A stretch of DNA of 64,000 nucleotides from Octopus sinensis (GCF_006345805.1 NC_043011.1:46016464-46080463), one strand, 5' to 3'. Counted from the stretch's first letter, positions 1-13,672 are shown. A program made the numbers and translations. Notes: generated by a model from the sequence alone, not told the origin.

Positions 1-1158
1 ATATATATATATCTTAGAAGGTTTGGAGGTGATGTACAGGTATTATATAATTTTTTCTAATATATATATATAATTGGAATGTCTTAATCTCAGTGAAGAA
101 ATCAAAGGAAACATTTGAAGGAAGCTGCTGGTTTACTTTTAACAGATATAACATATTTGAAGGGGTCTGTTTTCTCTAGTTTGCAGAGCACAACAAAAAG
201 GATTGGATATGAAGAATTTCAGGATCTGGTATATACATAAGTGAAATGATTGAGAGTCATCTTGTGGCCAATCATAAGTGATTGTCAACATAGTAGGAAC
301 TGATTTTTTACTCTAGTAAACTAAAAGAAAAATAAATTCCTCATTGGACACTATTTAGATAGAGCTAAACAAGTTATATTTCACATATCTTCTCATATTC
401 TTCTGCATGTTGGATATACATCCAAGCTTCCATGTATATATTACATGAAGAAATGGTATTAATGTTCTGGATATAAAATAACCAAAATAACACCAATGTT
501 ATTATGCTGACTGAACATGATAGTGTTGAAGGTTCAGGAAATAAGGAAACAATTTGAAGAAGCGTTTATGCTGTTGATGAAATAGTCAGACATAACGAAA
601 ATAGAAAAAGAAAAATAAATGAGGTGATGTGGTGCAAAAGTTAATTGTACACTGGAAAGAAATTTGGCCAACTTGGAACTAATAAATATTCTGGTAACAT
701 ACATCTTACATGTCAAGAAGTTGATTAAAGAAACAACATGTATTAACTTTAATGGCATCAAAGGAATATGGTAAATACTGAATCAATTTAATGAGTTTTT
801 CTAGTGTGATATTCTGAAATTCATTAACGGCTATGAATAAATTGCGGTTAATTTTACAAGTTTATGCTAATTATCCCACTGTATTGTGGTACTTGAAACA
901 TTTACTGTGTTAAATATTCACTAAACTACAGGATCCAAGCAACCTCAAAAAAACACACTAAATAATACTAGGAAAGACACTGGAAGTGAACAAAATATGA
1001 GACAACATAAGAGAATGAATAAAGTTTAAGGTGGAGGGCAGCTGAGGGGATCTCACTTCCTCTTCTTAATTTTTCAAACCCCAAGCCAAAGATGACCCTT
1101 CAATTATTATCATCATCATCATCATCACCATTATTATTATTGTTGTTGTTATAATAAA

Positions 1159-1335
1159 GGTGGCGATTGGCAGAATCATTAGAATGCAGGACAAAATGCT
1201 CAGCAGTATTTCATCTGACTTCACGTTCTGAGTTCAAATTCCGCCAAGGATGATTTTGCCTTTCACCCTTTCAGGGTCGATAAATTAAGTACCAGTGAAA
1301 TTTTGGCTTTGTGCCTTTAGTAAGAAAGGATTATT
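1159..1335 (+). mobile_element. tRNA-headed SINE, family M (Meta/MESC-like central block)
   Basis: Head GGTGGCGA.TGGCAGAATC..GTTCTGAGTTCAAATT, central CCTTTCA.CCTTTC.GGGTCGATAAATTAAGTACCAG, (ATT)n tail; more than 15 homologous copies in the window. The domain name is from memory. Confidence 0.8.
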
Positions 1336-1369
1336 TTTATTATCATTATTATTATTATTGTTATTATTA

Positions 1370-1625
1370 TGGAGTGAGAAAGCAATGCATGGCATCAAAG
1401 TGACACTCAGGTAAAATATACGAGGCCCAGTATACCCATCATGACTACCCGTCTGATAAGGGTACACCAGGCACATGCATCACAACTATATGTGCATGAC
1501 ATGGTGATCTCGTATCAAGATAAACAGCACATGACCTTGCAGGTGGGGCCCAGTTAGAATTTTCTGTAGGCCGAGTAGCCCCTCCCGCTCAAAAGGTCCC
1601 TCAATAAGGATTGTTTAAGGATGTT
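1370..1625. mobile_element. Interspersed repeat fragment (SINE-tail-like)
   Basis: GC-richer block between SINE copies, recalled as an octopus repeat; no second copy in the window. Confidence 0.45.
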
Positions 1626-2235
1626 GTTCTGAGTTCAAATTCTGCAGAGGTCATCTTTGCCTTTGATCCTTTCTGGGTCAATAAACGAAATAGCAGTAAA
1701 ACACTGGGGTCGATGTAACTGACAACTCCCCTCCCCTACAAATTTCAGGTCTTGTGCCTTCAGTAGAAAGGATTATTATTATTATCATTAAAGTGGCAAG
1801 CTGGCAGGTTTGTTAGCACGCTGGATGAAATGCTTAGTGGTATTTTACCCTTTGTTATGTTCTGAGTTCAAATTCTGCCGAGGTCGATTTTGCCTTTCAT
1901 CATTTCAGGGTCAATTAATTAAGAGCCAATTATGCTTTGGGGTTGATGTAATCAACTAGACCCCTACCCAACAATTTCAGGCCTTGTGCCTATAATAGAA
2001 AGGGTTATTATTATTAAGGCGGTGAGCTGGCAGAATTGCTAACATAGCAGGTAACATGCTTAGTGGCATTTTGTCTGTCATTATGTTCTGAGTTCAAATT
2101 CTGCTGAGGTTGACTTTGCTTTTCATCCTTTCTGGGTCAATAAATTAAGCACCAGTTGGACACTGGGGTCAATGAAATCGACTAGTCCCCTCCCACTGAA
2201 TTTAAGGACTTGTGTCTCCAGTACAAAGGATTATT
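1625..2235 (+). mobile_element. Tandem cluster of three family-M SINEs
   Basis: Three successive GTTCTGAGTTCAAATTCTGC..GAGGT..CTTTGC.TTTCATC blocks separated by (ATT)n. Confidence 0.85.
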
Positions 2236-2258
2236 ATTATTATTATTATTATTATTAT

Positions 2259-2592
2259 GTGAAGGCACATGGCTCAGTGGTTAGAGCACCGAGCTTACGA
2301 TTGTGAGGTAGTGAGTTCGAATCCCAGAATGGGCTGTGTCTTGTGTTCTTGAGCAAGACACTTTATTTCACATTGCTCCAGTTCACTCAGCTGTAGAAAT
2401 GAGTTGCGATGTCATGGGTGCCAGGCTGTATCGGCCCTTGCCTTTCCCTTGGATAATATCAATAGCATGGAGAGGGGAGGCTGGTATGCATGGGCAACTG
2501 CTGGTCTTCTATAAACACCCTTGCCTGGACTTGTGCCTGGGAGGGTAACTTTCTAGGTGCAATCCCATGGTCAGTCATGACTGAAGGGTGTC
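2259..2592 (+). mobile_element. tRNA-headed CORE-like SINE, family C
   Basis: A box TGGCTCAGTGG, B box GTTCGAATCC, CTTGAGCAAGACACTT central block; homologues at 22578, 26179 and 30790. Confidence 0.85.
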
Positions 2593-2607
2593 TCAGTATT
2601 ATTATTA

Positions 2608-2822
2608 ATGTGGCAAGCTGGCAGAATCAGTTGCTTACTGGATGAAATGCTTAGCTGCATTTCATCTGCCACTATGTTTTGAGTTCAAATCCTGCTGAGG
2701 CCATCTTTGTTCTTCATCTTTTCGGGGTTGATAAATTAAGTACCATTTGAGTGATGGGGTGGATATAATCGATTTAACCCCACCCCACCAAATTTTAGGC
2801 CTCGTGCCTAGAGTAAAAAGGG

Positions 2823-2830
<8 letters not shown>
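2608..2830 (+). mobile_element. Family-M SINE
   Basis: Same head and central block, (ATT)n tail. Confidence 0.8.
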
Positions 2831-2853
<23 letters not shown>

Positions 2854-2881
2854 GTTATTAAGGCAGCAAGCTGGCAGAATC

Positions 2882-2925
<44 letters not shown>

Positions 2926-3470
2926 GAAACTAAACAAATAATCAACTTCTACACACATTCTGGATAATTAACTAATGAGGATAAATCCATTTGTCATAAA
3001 AGTAAGGTCTGATCATAAACTGAAATCATTATATTCTGCATGAAACCTAAACTTGTTAAAATACATTTGTGTGGTTTTTACACACTATAAAGAGAAATAT
3101 ATACCTTAACAAATGTAATGTTTCAGCTTTAATAAACTTCACTGATATCTTACAATCATTCATGTATTTTTCTGCACCATATTTTTCACTATCAAAAACA
3201 CAGCTCTGTAATTTGCTGAAAACTTCTCATGTAATTTTTTTTTCCTTTGGCACCACAAAATAAATAAATAAATAAATAAATAAATGAATAAATAAAATAA
3301 AAATGGCTATAAAGTATATAAACTACATAGTGCACCTTGCTTTTTATCTCTCTTGTTTATGTACTGCGATGTATGTTTAACGAGTGCAATTATAAACAGA
3401 TCATAAATGGCAAATATTAATGAAAACATTTACAAGTGATGATAAAATCTTCAATATTCTCTCTACACAG

Positions 3471-3521
3471 ATATATAGACTACAATTTAGCCAAAACAAA
3501 AATAAACGATAATGCAGAATG
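3471..3521 (+). CDS. Candidate 51-nt micro-exon (YIDYNLAKTKINDNAE), phase 2-2
   Basis: ttctctctacacag acceptor, gtaaat donor, only one of three frames open; no homology recognised. Confidence 0.2.
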
Positions 3522-4267
3522 GTAAATTAGAAGTTTTGTGGGGTTTTTTTTTTGTACACTCTTTATTATTGTGTGTTTGCACACCTGGCCACAGCATAGC
3601 TGAGTGGTGAAGAAGTTTACTTCAGAATCATGTTGTTCTAAGTTTGACTACCACATGTGACATCTTCGGAAAAGTACATTTTAATGTAATTTCAAGTAGT
3701 GCTCCACCCTAATTATTACCCTTATAAATGTAATTGGGAAGAAGATACTGGGAATTGGGCCTGGAATTTAAAGGGACGGTTTTGCCCCAATTTGTGACGT
3801 GCTGCATTTTCCTAAAATTTATGTTAAGGGTTACATGTGTCCCCAAAACACTCATCACTAAAACTAGTGAAGAAGTATTTAATTATTTACATACAAACAT
3901 TCACACATGTATACATATATAAATACACACAAACAAGCCTATGTGTTCATGCATGTTTAACTATATATATATATATATACAGATATATATACCTGCATGA
4001 AATATGTGTGTATGTACGTAATTTATCAGAGAGATATTAACTTCAAATTTTCATTGGCATCAACTTGTTAGTTCATGTGTAGTGTTTTTGTGTGTGTGTG
4101 TATGTGTAGCAACTTACAGTGGTTCATTCAGTCATACAACCAGTGTAGTAATTAAACTTGACAATATCATGTGCATTGGAGTACTTCATTGAATAGAATT
4201 TTTTTACTTATATGATGAAGATTTATATATATATATGTTATAGAACTAAAATAATTTACACATATAT

Positions 4268-4925
4268 ATCATCATCATCATCATCATCAGCGTTTAGCGT
4301 CCGTTTTCCATGCTAGCATGGGTTGGACGGTTCTACTGGGTCTGTGAAGCCAGAAGGCTTCATCAGGCCCAGTCAAATCTGGCAGTGTTTTCTACGGCTG
4401 GATGCCTTCCTAACGCCAACCACTCCGTGAGTGTAGTGGGTGCTTTTTACATGCCACCCGCACTGGTGCCAGACAGAGCTGGCAAATGGCCACGAACGGA
4501 TGGTGCTTTTTTATGTGCCACCGGCACAGAGGGCCAGGCGAGGCTGGCAACGGACACGAAACGGGGCGGTGCTGGCACGGTCGCGAAACGGAAAGTTCTT
4601 TACATGCCACCGGCACTGGTAACACATCTGCAATTTCCATTGATTGATTTCCATTGATCGATTTCGATTCTGATCGTCACTTGCCTCAACGGGTCTTCAC
4701 AACAGAGTTTTGACATGCCACCGGCACTGGTAGCACATCCGCAATTTCCATTGATCGATTTCGATTCTGATCCTCACTTGCCTCATCACGTCTTCACAAG
4801 TAGAGTTTTGTGTCCCAAGAAGGGAAGGTATGCATACGTAGGCTGGCTCCATCCCATGTAGAAGGCCACGGGTTATAAACTCACTTGTCCTGCCGGGTCT
4901 TCTCGCGCACAGCACACTTCCAGAG
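4268..4925 (-). mobile_element. SINE-like family D with (GAT)n tail and internal ~55-bp tandem repeats
   Basis: (CAT)n-GTTTAGCGTCCG..CATGCTAGCATGGGTTGGACG..GGATGCCTTCCTAACGCCAACCACTCC plus repeated GTGCCACCGGCAC units; 8 or more copies in the window. Confidence 0.8.
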
Positions 4926-4939
4926 GACATATGTATGAA

Positions 4940-4994
4940 AGTATGTAATATATATATATATTTATATATATATATTTATATATATATATATATA

Positions 4995-5039
<45 letters not shown>

Positions 5040-5376
5040 TCTATAATTATAAACATAATTAAATTAGTGGTCAGCCAATTACTTCGCCACATTCTGAATT
5101 TAGAAATAGGAGCTTGATTAATAATTAGTTTAACCCTTTTATTATTAATGTTGAAATTATTTATATATAAATGTAGATATCTAAATATACATAGATCGTG
5201 TGTATATATGTGTGTGCATATATATATATATATATATATAATATATATATATATGTAAACACACAGATGTGTATAATAACAACTTAACATGCTTGCTATA
5301 TTTTCATAAAAAAACTGTAGTGAAATCTTTTTTCTGTTAAGGTTGAAAGAATATGGAGCAAATGTGTGTGTGAATG

Positions 5377-5413
<37 letters not shown>

Positions 5414-5898
5414 CATATACCTTTAATATATATCATTGATTGCTATATGTTTGTAGATGTGTGTTGTACAAACAGAATTGCTATCTCAGATGAAAGTAAC
5501 TTTAATATTCCTTACAGACAGAGGAGTTCAACATTAAAACTGAAGGCAATGGTAGCTTACATTTTTTCTATGTAAACAATGGTAAAGTTATAAATAGGGA
5601 AGTTTATGTATTTATATGTGTACTTGTGTGGGTATACATGTATGTATGTGTGTGTGTTGTGTGTGTGTGTGTTAATTCACAGATGCAGTGTATATATTTT
5701 TCATATAGATGTGTAGGTTTATACACACACATGAATGTAAAATTAAATACAGTTTCTTGCCGTCGTCTTACTATCAAGCTGTAAAAAAAAACCCGTATGT
5801 ACAAGACACATGCACTCTTGAAAACATGTTCTTTGCCTCTGTATATTTCTATCAATATACACATGCACACACACAGACATGCAACATGCACACACACC

Positions 5899-5944
<46 letters not shown>

Positions 5945-6690
5945 TTCACAGATGTGTCCACACCCATACCCACTAACAGTGAAACTGACGACTGAACCAG
6001 AAGTGTTATTGAAAATACAAAGATGCATCGTGTAAAACCAAAATGAAAGTAGAATTGTGGATGGGTGGGTGGGGGCAAAAACTTTTGGGAAGGTATTGGG
6101 GGTGGGATGGAAAGGAGGGAGAACAAAAGTAACGAAGCTGAAGAGAGAAGATAAGGTGTGAACGTGTTTCATAATTGGGAGAAGTATATGTTGATTGTGG
6201 GGTATGTGTAAATTGGGGTGGTTGTGTAGTGCATTCCATTAATAGTCAATTTAGGGATAATTTACAATAACACTAATACACAACGTTGAAAATTTATTGA
6301 AGTAGAGGGAGAGAAAGAGAGTATGAGAAAACAAAGAAAGAGATAAACATAGAGTGATGAGAATGGGGAGGAGAAGGATGAGACGAATGAACTGAGAGAA
6401 ATTTATTAATGGGAAGTGTATAACCAAGAGATTAGCCTACACTCACTAGATTGATATTTAAGTGAGTCTATACATGTGTGTTTGTGTGTATATATATATA
6501 CGTATGTATGTATATATATATGTGTGTGTAATATATACATCTATAACACATACAGATATATATATACACTCACACACACATATATATACATACACATACA
6601 TATATATATACATACACACTTTACTCTTATATATGTTTACACAAGCATATATTATATATATTTGTTATATATTAATATATATACACACAC

Positions 6691-6735
<45 letters not shown>

Positions 6736-6795
6736 CACTTTATCTTTATATGTGTGTGTATATATATATACACGCACACATATACAGTTTACTTT

Positions 6796-6827
<32 letters not shown>

Positions 6828-6903
6828 TATATATATATATATACATACACTTTATCTTTATATGTGTGTGTATATATATATACACGCACACATATACAGT
6901 TTA

Positions 6904-6947
<44 letters not shown>

Positions 6948-7030
6948 TTATATATTTATATATTTACACATTGAGATATAGATAGGTTTACACAGGCACA
7001 TGCATACATGAGTATGTGTGTGTATGCACT
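4940..7030. repeat. Compound (TA)n/(TG)n/(CA)n microsatellite zone, including a repeated ~115-bp composite unit at about 6610-6960
   Basis: Read directly; it generates the Y/I/C/V/H/T low-complexity ORFs. Confidence 0.9.
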
Positions 7031-7084
7031 GCATGTGTCTGTATGTGCACATGTACATGAGAAGATTTTGAACCCACCTCTTAG

Positions 7085-7136
7085 TGTTGTCGTTATATTT
7101 TGGCCCATGTATTTTCTGACGGCCAAAGCAGTCCAG
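7085..7136 (+). CDS. Candidate 52-nt exon (VVVIFWPMYFLTAKAVQ), phase 2-0
   Basis: cccacctcttag acceptor and a consensus CAG|gtaagt donor; hydrophobic peptide, not recognised. Confidence 0.3.
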
Positions 7137-7191
7137 GTAAGTTGAAGAATAAACCTGATCGAAGATGTATATTTTGGTTGGGGAAATATCA

Positions 7192-7345
7192 CAACAACAG
7201 CAGCAACAGCAGAAGCAGCGGCGGTAGTGGTGATGGTGGTTGGGGCGGCGGTGGTTGTGGTTGTGGTGGTGGTGGTGGTGGTGGTGGTGATGCTGGTGGC
7301 GATGGTGGTGGTGGTGGTGGTTGTAGTGACGGTAGCAGTGGTATT
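7192..7345. repeat. (CAG/CAA)n then (GGT)n trinucleotide array
   Basis: Read directly; explains the poly-G/P/V ORFs. Confidence 0.9.
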
Positions 7346-9411
7346 GACAGAAACACGCTCAGCAGAAGTGGCATGCGAAACAAACTGTGTATGTGAAGTG
7401 GGAGCGCTGATGATTCGGGATCACTTCTTAGACTCTTGTAGTTAAGGTATTAACAGCTGTTGGCGTATGAACTTATTAAGGAAAGCACTGACAACAATGA
7501 CAATATGAGCAAAATTGTTGTACACTCAGGCATCAAAACTTTATATGTTTTGGGAAATCAGAGCAAAATAATCTTGAATGGTATGCAGTTTATTATCACA
7601 GATTCCTAGTGAAACTCACCTCTTTCTCTTTCTCTCTCTCATTCTCACTCACACACTTTGTCTTTCCATCTCTCTCTCTCTCCATTATTTATACATAAAT
7701 ACATACATTCTCACACACATACTCACTCATTCTCACAAAACTCATTCAGAAAATACATTTCATAAATGCAAGAAAAAAAAGAAATTTTTTGTAGAATTAT
7801 AAGATGAGGAGTAAGATAAAAATGACCCATGTCTACTTTGAATTTATAATTGAAGGATTACCTGATTATAATTACACTCAATTAACATCTGAGAAGAACC
7901 ACAAACCATATTTAAAAGAAGGAAAAAAAATTGATGAGAAGAAAAACAGAATAAAAAATGTATAATTTTTGTGTCAATTTTCACCTTTATTGAGAAGTTT
8001 AAAAAAAATGCAAAAATAAAAAGAAAGAGAAAAAATACCTGGATGCTTCTTTTTCCAAAGAAATATCTCTTATGATGAAGTTTTGAGAACATATAATTCC
8101 AACATGACACAAAGGTAAATACTTAGTAAAAATATTTGTAAAAATATGCTTGGAAATAAACTAAGATTTTAAGTGAAAGTACCCACATTTGAACTCATTT
8201 TATATATATCTATATACACACCTATATATATATAAATATAAATATTTATTTATTATATCTATAAATATTTATCTGTATGTATATATATGCATACAACTAT
8301 ATGTATTAATGTGTGTGTATGTGCATGTGTGTGTATAAATATATGTATATTTATATATTGATATTTTACTAACTTATATTGTGCAAGGATTTTGATGCCC
8401 AGTCAATCGTATACCAATTATTGGAATAGAGCGTATGTGTATTATATTGATATAATCATTAAAACATGTCTATACATGATATAAATATTATGCATTGATA
8501 ATTAAACATATGTACATTTATGTATATATAATAGTATTTAATGCATCTATTATATATTTCTACACATATGTGGAGTGGGGCTATTCAAAGAATATTACAA
8601 AAGCTACACAGGTGGCAAGAATATATTGAAAGTTCCAGTGTGGAGTTGCAGTAATTTTACTGATCTAGAGTCCTAACAGCTGGTAGCAACAAATGTATTC
8701 ATCAATTGATAGATATATTTTTGAAATTCATTTATATATATATTTTTTTTTTTTCAGAATTCAAATTGTGGATATGTGTGTGTGTGTGTGTAAGTGCATG
8801 CACGTGTTTCGCAGTGTGTTGTCTCTTCAGAAAGTTACGCATGACATAAGAAAACCGTAACCAAGTGGAAAATTTTAGTAGCAGTTTGAACAACTCGTAA
8901 AAGACAGGTAACACATGTTCAGTTGGCACACTGCTTGGATTATTTCAGTTTGAAATCTTCTTTCACTCATCAATAAATATTTCATGAGTAATTTTCACTC
9001 TACCAAGCTATTATTTCCATCATTTGCTGTGTGTGGCTGTTATTTATGTTTCCTTTAGAATGATACAACATATATGATATACTTGGAATATTTCAAAATT
9101 TCTAAGTTTGCTTTCATCTAATATTTCTTCCGTAAAGTTAAAAAGGAGAAATCAAAGTAAGAGTAAACAATGAGAAACTTCAGGTGGGCTATCAATTTTA
9201 TATAGTCTGTTCTTCATTCTCAGGAGTGTTCTTAGACAATATTATCTCTTCTTAGTCTAAAATTCTTTCTAATACCTTCCGTTTAGTTTCCAATTTCGAC
9301 TCTAATAATTGCACAAAGTGTATGTGTGCACATGCAAATGTGTGAGTGCATATATACATACATACATATATATACATACATATATATTATATATATATAT
9401 GTATATATATA

Positions 9412-9447
<36 letters not shown>

Positions 9448-10019
9448 GTATATTATATATATATATATATATATGTGTGTATATGTATATATGTATGTAT
9501 AGATGTAGAGCAACCTCACAGTTGGAAGGTTTTAATAGCAGTAAAGAAGTTGTAGTGTTTGGTAGAAGAGCTTTGTAAAAGAAAGAGCATCACACACATA
9601 TAGCTCTATGTGTGCACACACACACGTGTGTGTGTGTGTGTGAGGAGAGAGAGAGAGAGCGAGAGAGAGAGTTGATTTCATTATGTATGTTGTGTTGCAG
9701 GTAGTGTGAGAAGCATCGCTAAACTAGATAGCCAGCCAGCCAGCCAGCAGCAGCAGTGGTGGTAGTAGATAACGTAGCTGATGTGGTTGATGTAGGAATA
9801 AGGATAACTATATCGTGGAATGGAAAACAAAAACAGTCCTGTGGAAGAACAGAGGATGGAACAGAAGACATGTAAATAGATAAGCTGGTTAATGTAGGAG
9901 GTAGGCAGAGAAGTGATATTCAGTTCAATGCCTTGTGCGGCCAAATTAATTAAAGGACTAATACTAACTCAAATTATACGATCTGATTAACTAACTAATG
10001 ATCTGATTTCAAGTGAAAC

Positions 10020-10117
10020 AAAAATAAATAATGATAATAATAATAATCCTCTCTTTTGTAGGCTCAAGGCCTGAAATTTTTGGTGGTGGATGCTAAATAA
10101 TAATAATAATAATAATG

Positions 10118-10150
<33 letters not shown>

Positions 10151-10910
10151 TAATAATAATAATATAATAATAATAATGATAATAATAATAATAATGATTC
10201 TGTCTACTATAGGCACAAGGCCTGAGATTTGAAGGTAGGGAGATAGTTGATTACATCGACCCCAGTACTCGGCTGGAACTTAATTTATCGACCCCCGAAA
10301 GGATGAAAGGCAAAGTCAACCTTCGCAGAATTTGAACCCAGCATGTAAAAGTTGGATGAAATGCCACAAAACATTTTGCCTGGTGTGCTAACGATTCTGC
10401 CAGCTTGCCACATTTAATAACTCTTTCTACTAAAGATCCTGAAATTTTGGTGGAGGGTACTAGTCAATTGCTTCGATGTCAGTGTTAAGCAGATGCTTAT
10501 TTTATGAACTCCAAAAAGGAAGAATGGCAAAGTCAACCTTTGCAGAATTTGAACTCAGAACGTAAAGATAGATGAAATGCCGCTTAGCATTTTGCCTGGC
10601 ATGTTAATGATTATGCCAGCTCACTGCTTTAATAATAATAATAATAATAATGATAATAACAATAACAATAGTAGTAGTAGTAGTAGTAGTAATAATGATG
10701 ATAATAATAATCTTTTCAAATTTAGACACAAAGTCTGAAATTTTGGCAGAGGGGATCAGTTGATGCCATCGACCCCAGTGTCTAACTGGCACTTAATTTA
10801 TTGACCCCAAAAGGATGAAAGGCAAAGTCAACCTTGGTGGAATTTGAACTCAGAATGCAGTGGCAGATGAAATACAGCTAAGCATTTCACCCAGCATGTG
10901 AACGATTTTC
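10020..10910 (-). mobile_element. Cluster of family-M SINEs with (AAT)n tails
   Basis: Three reverse-strand AAAGGATGAAAGGCAAAGTCAACC..GAATTTGAAC blocks. Confidence 0.85.
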
Positions 10911-11072
10911 CTTGTAATTGATTATTATACAGCATGGATTTGGACAGGCCATGCTGGAAAAGTTTTCAGTAACTGTGAATAAAGTTTGGGTTGATATACG
11001 AAATCAATATGTAATAAATCGGACACATTGTTTAAATATTTACACTTATCATTAAACATCTATATATATATA

Positions 11073-11139
<67 letters not shown>

Positions 11140-11304
11140 ATATATATAAATATATATATATTTATACACACAAAAGCATACACACATAAGTATATATATA
11201 TGTAAATGTATATACACGCTAAATTGTAAGTTTTTACATGCACACAAACACACACTCTCTCTCTCTCTCTCACACACTCTCACACATACACACACACACA
11301 ATTA

Positions 11305-11447
11305 TAGGTGCAGGAGCAGCTTACTAACCACATGGATCTGGGTTCAGTCCCACTGTTTGGCTCCTTGGGCAAGTGTCTTCTACTATAGCTTCAGGCTGAC
11401 CAAAGCCTTGTGAGTAGATTTGGTAGATGGAAATGAAAGACGTCTGT

Positions 11448-11478
<31 letters not shown>

Positions 11479-11490
11479 CTGTGTGTGAGT

Positions 11491-11529
<39 letters not shown>

Positions 11530-11740
11530 TTGTTTATCTGTGTTTGTCACCACCAACATCACTTGACAACCGATGTTGGTGTGTTAACATCCTCGTAATT
11601 TAGCAGTTTGGCAAAAGAGACCAATAAGAATATGTACAAGGCTTACAAAGAACAAAGCCTGGGGTCGATTTGCTCGACTAAAGGCGGTGCTCCAGCATGA
11701 CCGCAGTCAATGACTGAAACAAGTAAAAGAACAAAAGAAT
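11305..11740 (+). mobile_element. CORE-like SINE, family B, with (TG)n linker and 3' extension
   Basis: GGTTCAGTCCCACTG..CCTTGGGCAAGTGTCTTCTACTATAGC; homologues at 23145, 31908, 45750, 47325 and 59930. Confidence 0.85.
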
Positions 11741-11806
11741 ATATATATATAAGCAATAATAAATCTCTGAGCGAGTTAGCCACATAAGTGGCAAATGTAC
11801 TTCATG

Positions 11807-11848
<42 letters not shown>

Positions 11849-12073
11849 GTGAAATAAAAGATGATATCTTGTGGTAGATTAATCAAAATTTTAACCGATA
11901 CCTTGTAGCAAAAATCACAGCAGTAAACAGCACGGTTGGAGGTACAACCATATGGTGTTGCAGCCGTGCGTTGGTGCGGATAATTGAGTTTCGCCATGGG
12001 CTCTTAGGAGCCTAGTTCGATTTGTTTTGCTCCGCCTCTGTTCTGTTTTTGTTTTTTTCCAACTGATTCCTAT

Positions 12074-12160
12074 TTTCTTCCTGAAGAGAAAGACACAATA
12101 TGGTCCCATTATTCAATCGGATTTTGGTAAATGTGCCTTTCGAAACACGTGTAGAAGGAA
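12074..12160 (+). ncRNA. Type I hammerhead ribozyme candidate (minimal, Penelope-type)
   Basis: Stem I TTTCTTC/GAAGGAA; core CTGAAGA 12081-87; stem II GAAAGACACA/TGTGCCTTTC (9 of 10 paired); GAAAC-ACGT-GTA with palindromic stem III; AATAAA at 12159-64. Confidence 0.75.
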
Positions 12161-12235
12161 TAAAACGATTTCTGTTCAATCTGCGTTCAGCTCCATTTCT
12201 TCAATTCACCAATAATAATATATATATAATATATA

Positions 12236-12300
<65 letters not shown>

Positions 12301-12320
12301 TATATATATATTATATATAT

Positions 12321-12373
<53 letters not shown>

Positions 12374-12379
12374 TCATTA

Positions 12380-12662
12380 GGAGGCACAATGGCCCACTGG
12401 TTAGGGCAGCGGACTTGCGGTCGTAGGATCGCGGTTTCGATTCCCAGACCGGGCGTTGTGAATGCTTATTGAGCAAAAACACCTAAAGCTCCACGGGGCT
12501 CCGGCAGGGGGTAGTGGCGATCTCTGTTGTACTCTTTCACCACAACTTTCTCTCACTCTTTCTTCTGTTGGCCTGCTCGCTGAGCCAGCGAGGTGGCATC
12601 ATTTGAAGCACATTGTGACCAGCAATGTGGAGCAACATCTGATAGCCTGGTCAGTCACGGTG
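12380..12662 (+). mobile_element. tRNA-headed CORE-like SINE with ~14-bp target-site duplication
   Basis: tRNA-like head with GTTTCGATTCC, CTTATTGAGCAA block; flanks TATATAAGTCATTA / TATATAGGTCATTA. Its tail recurs reversed at about 18895-19080. Confidence 0.8.
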
Positions 12663-13048
12663 ATATATAGGTCATTATATATAAAAGTTTTACATACATC
12701 GAAATTTTTTAATATGCTAGGCCACTGGTTTTAATTGATTAATATCAATTTCTACCCTTATTCAATTTTATGGTCATTATATATATATAGGCAAATCCAT
12801 AATAAAAAAACAAGAATAGAACAAAAAAAGTCAATTGAGGTACACAGTGAAAATATCAAATTGATGGTCAGTGAGAGTTTTGGTCAGAAAAGTTGGAATG
12901 GAAATGACATTTTGAGCATGGCTATTCATTAAATAAAGGAAGAAAGTCCTAAGTGGAGGAAAACGACGAAGGAGCAGATTGATTGGAGAAAAGCATGTTT
13001 GTAATTACATAATTAAAAAAATAACTGACTGATACCCAATATTAAGTT

Positions 13049-13417
13049 ATATATATATAAAAGTGAGGTTGTGTGCTGTCTGTCTCCTACGATTTAGATT
13101 CCTAACTACTCCCACATTTTGCGGTGCAGTTTAACCAAAACTGGGTATCTTATTGTCGTGATTCATATCGAGCCCTTCTGGGTATTAGCGCGCGTCTACG
13201 ATGAGTCTACGATTTAAAAAATTTACCATCATTTTTCCCATTTTTAATGCATTTTTGGCATATATAAGGGAAGTAACTCTCTAAAATTTATTATTAAATC
13301 TCAGAACGTAAAAAGTTACAGTAACACCCCCCCTTTGTGGTTAGCCACATTGAGATGGCTATTATCTTACATCTCTAAAATGCTTATATAGTTATTCCCT
13401 TACAAACCGCGAGCAAC
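13049..13417 (+). mobile_element. Non-autonomous Helitron-like element, cut by the assembly gap
   Basis: 5' TATATAAAAG..GTTGTGTG start; the end ..GCGAGCAAC matches the start of the 3' hairpin of the 51057 and 14982 elements. Confidence 0.55.
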
Positions 13418-13517
13418 NNNNNNNNNNNNNNNNNNNNNNNNNNNNNNNNNNNNNNNNNNNNNNNNNNNNNNNNNNNNNNNNNNNNNNNNNNNNNNNNNNN
13501 NNNNNNNNNNNNNNNNN
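13418..13517. other. Assembly gap (100 N)
   Basis: Run of N; the round size suggests a scaffolding placeholder. Confidence 0.99.
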
Positions 13518-13672
13518 CACTGCATTATCTTCAGTTGTATTGTATGTATCTACTAATTCACTGCAGGTATGGATGGTATAAAGCATTTAGAACACTGCTT
13601 GCTTGTTAGTATTCTGACATTTCACATAGGATAGTCAAAGCAAGGTAAATAAATATTTCTTCCACATTACAG

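Noticed and set aside
75-830. Possible decayed coding sequence (EF-hand-like IGYEEFQDL; chromodomain-like VYAVDEIVRH..LIVHWKE)
   Set aside because: Multiple stops and frameshifts, weak splice sites, and the motif similarity is too short to support a call.
2259-2340. tRNA-like sequences (also about 12380-12455, 30790-30860, 38240-38316)
   Set aside because: They have A/B boxes but no complete cloverleaf, and they run into SINE bodies, so they are SINE heads.
7100-7445. Gly-, Pro- and Val-rich ORFs
   Set aside because: (GGT)n/(CAG)n simple repeats are open in several frames at once.
8795-8840. Minus-strand CTGAAGA..C-GAAAC-ACGT-GCA hammerhead-like string
   Set aside because: No stem II or stem I pairing, and U16.1 is absent; at best a remote relic.
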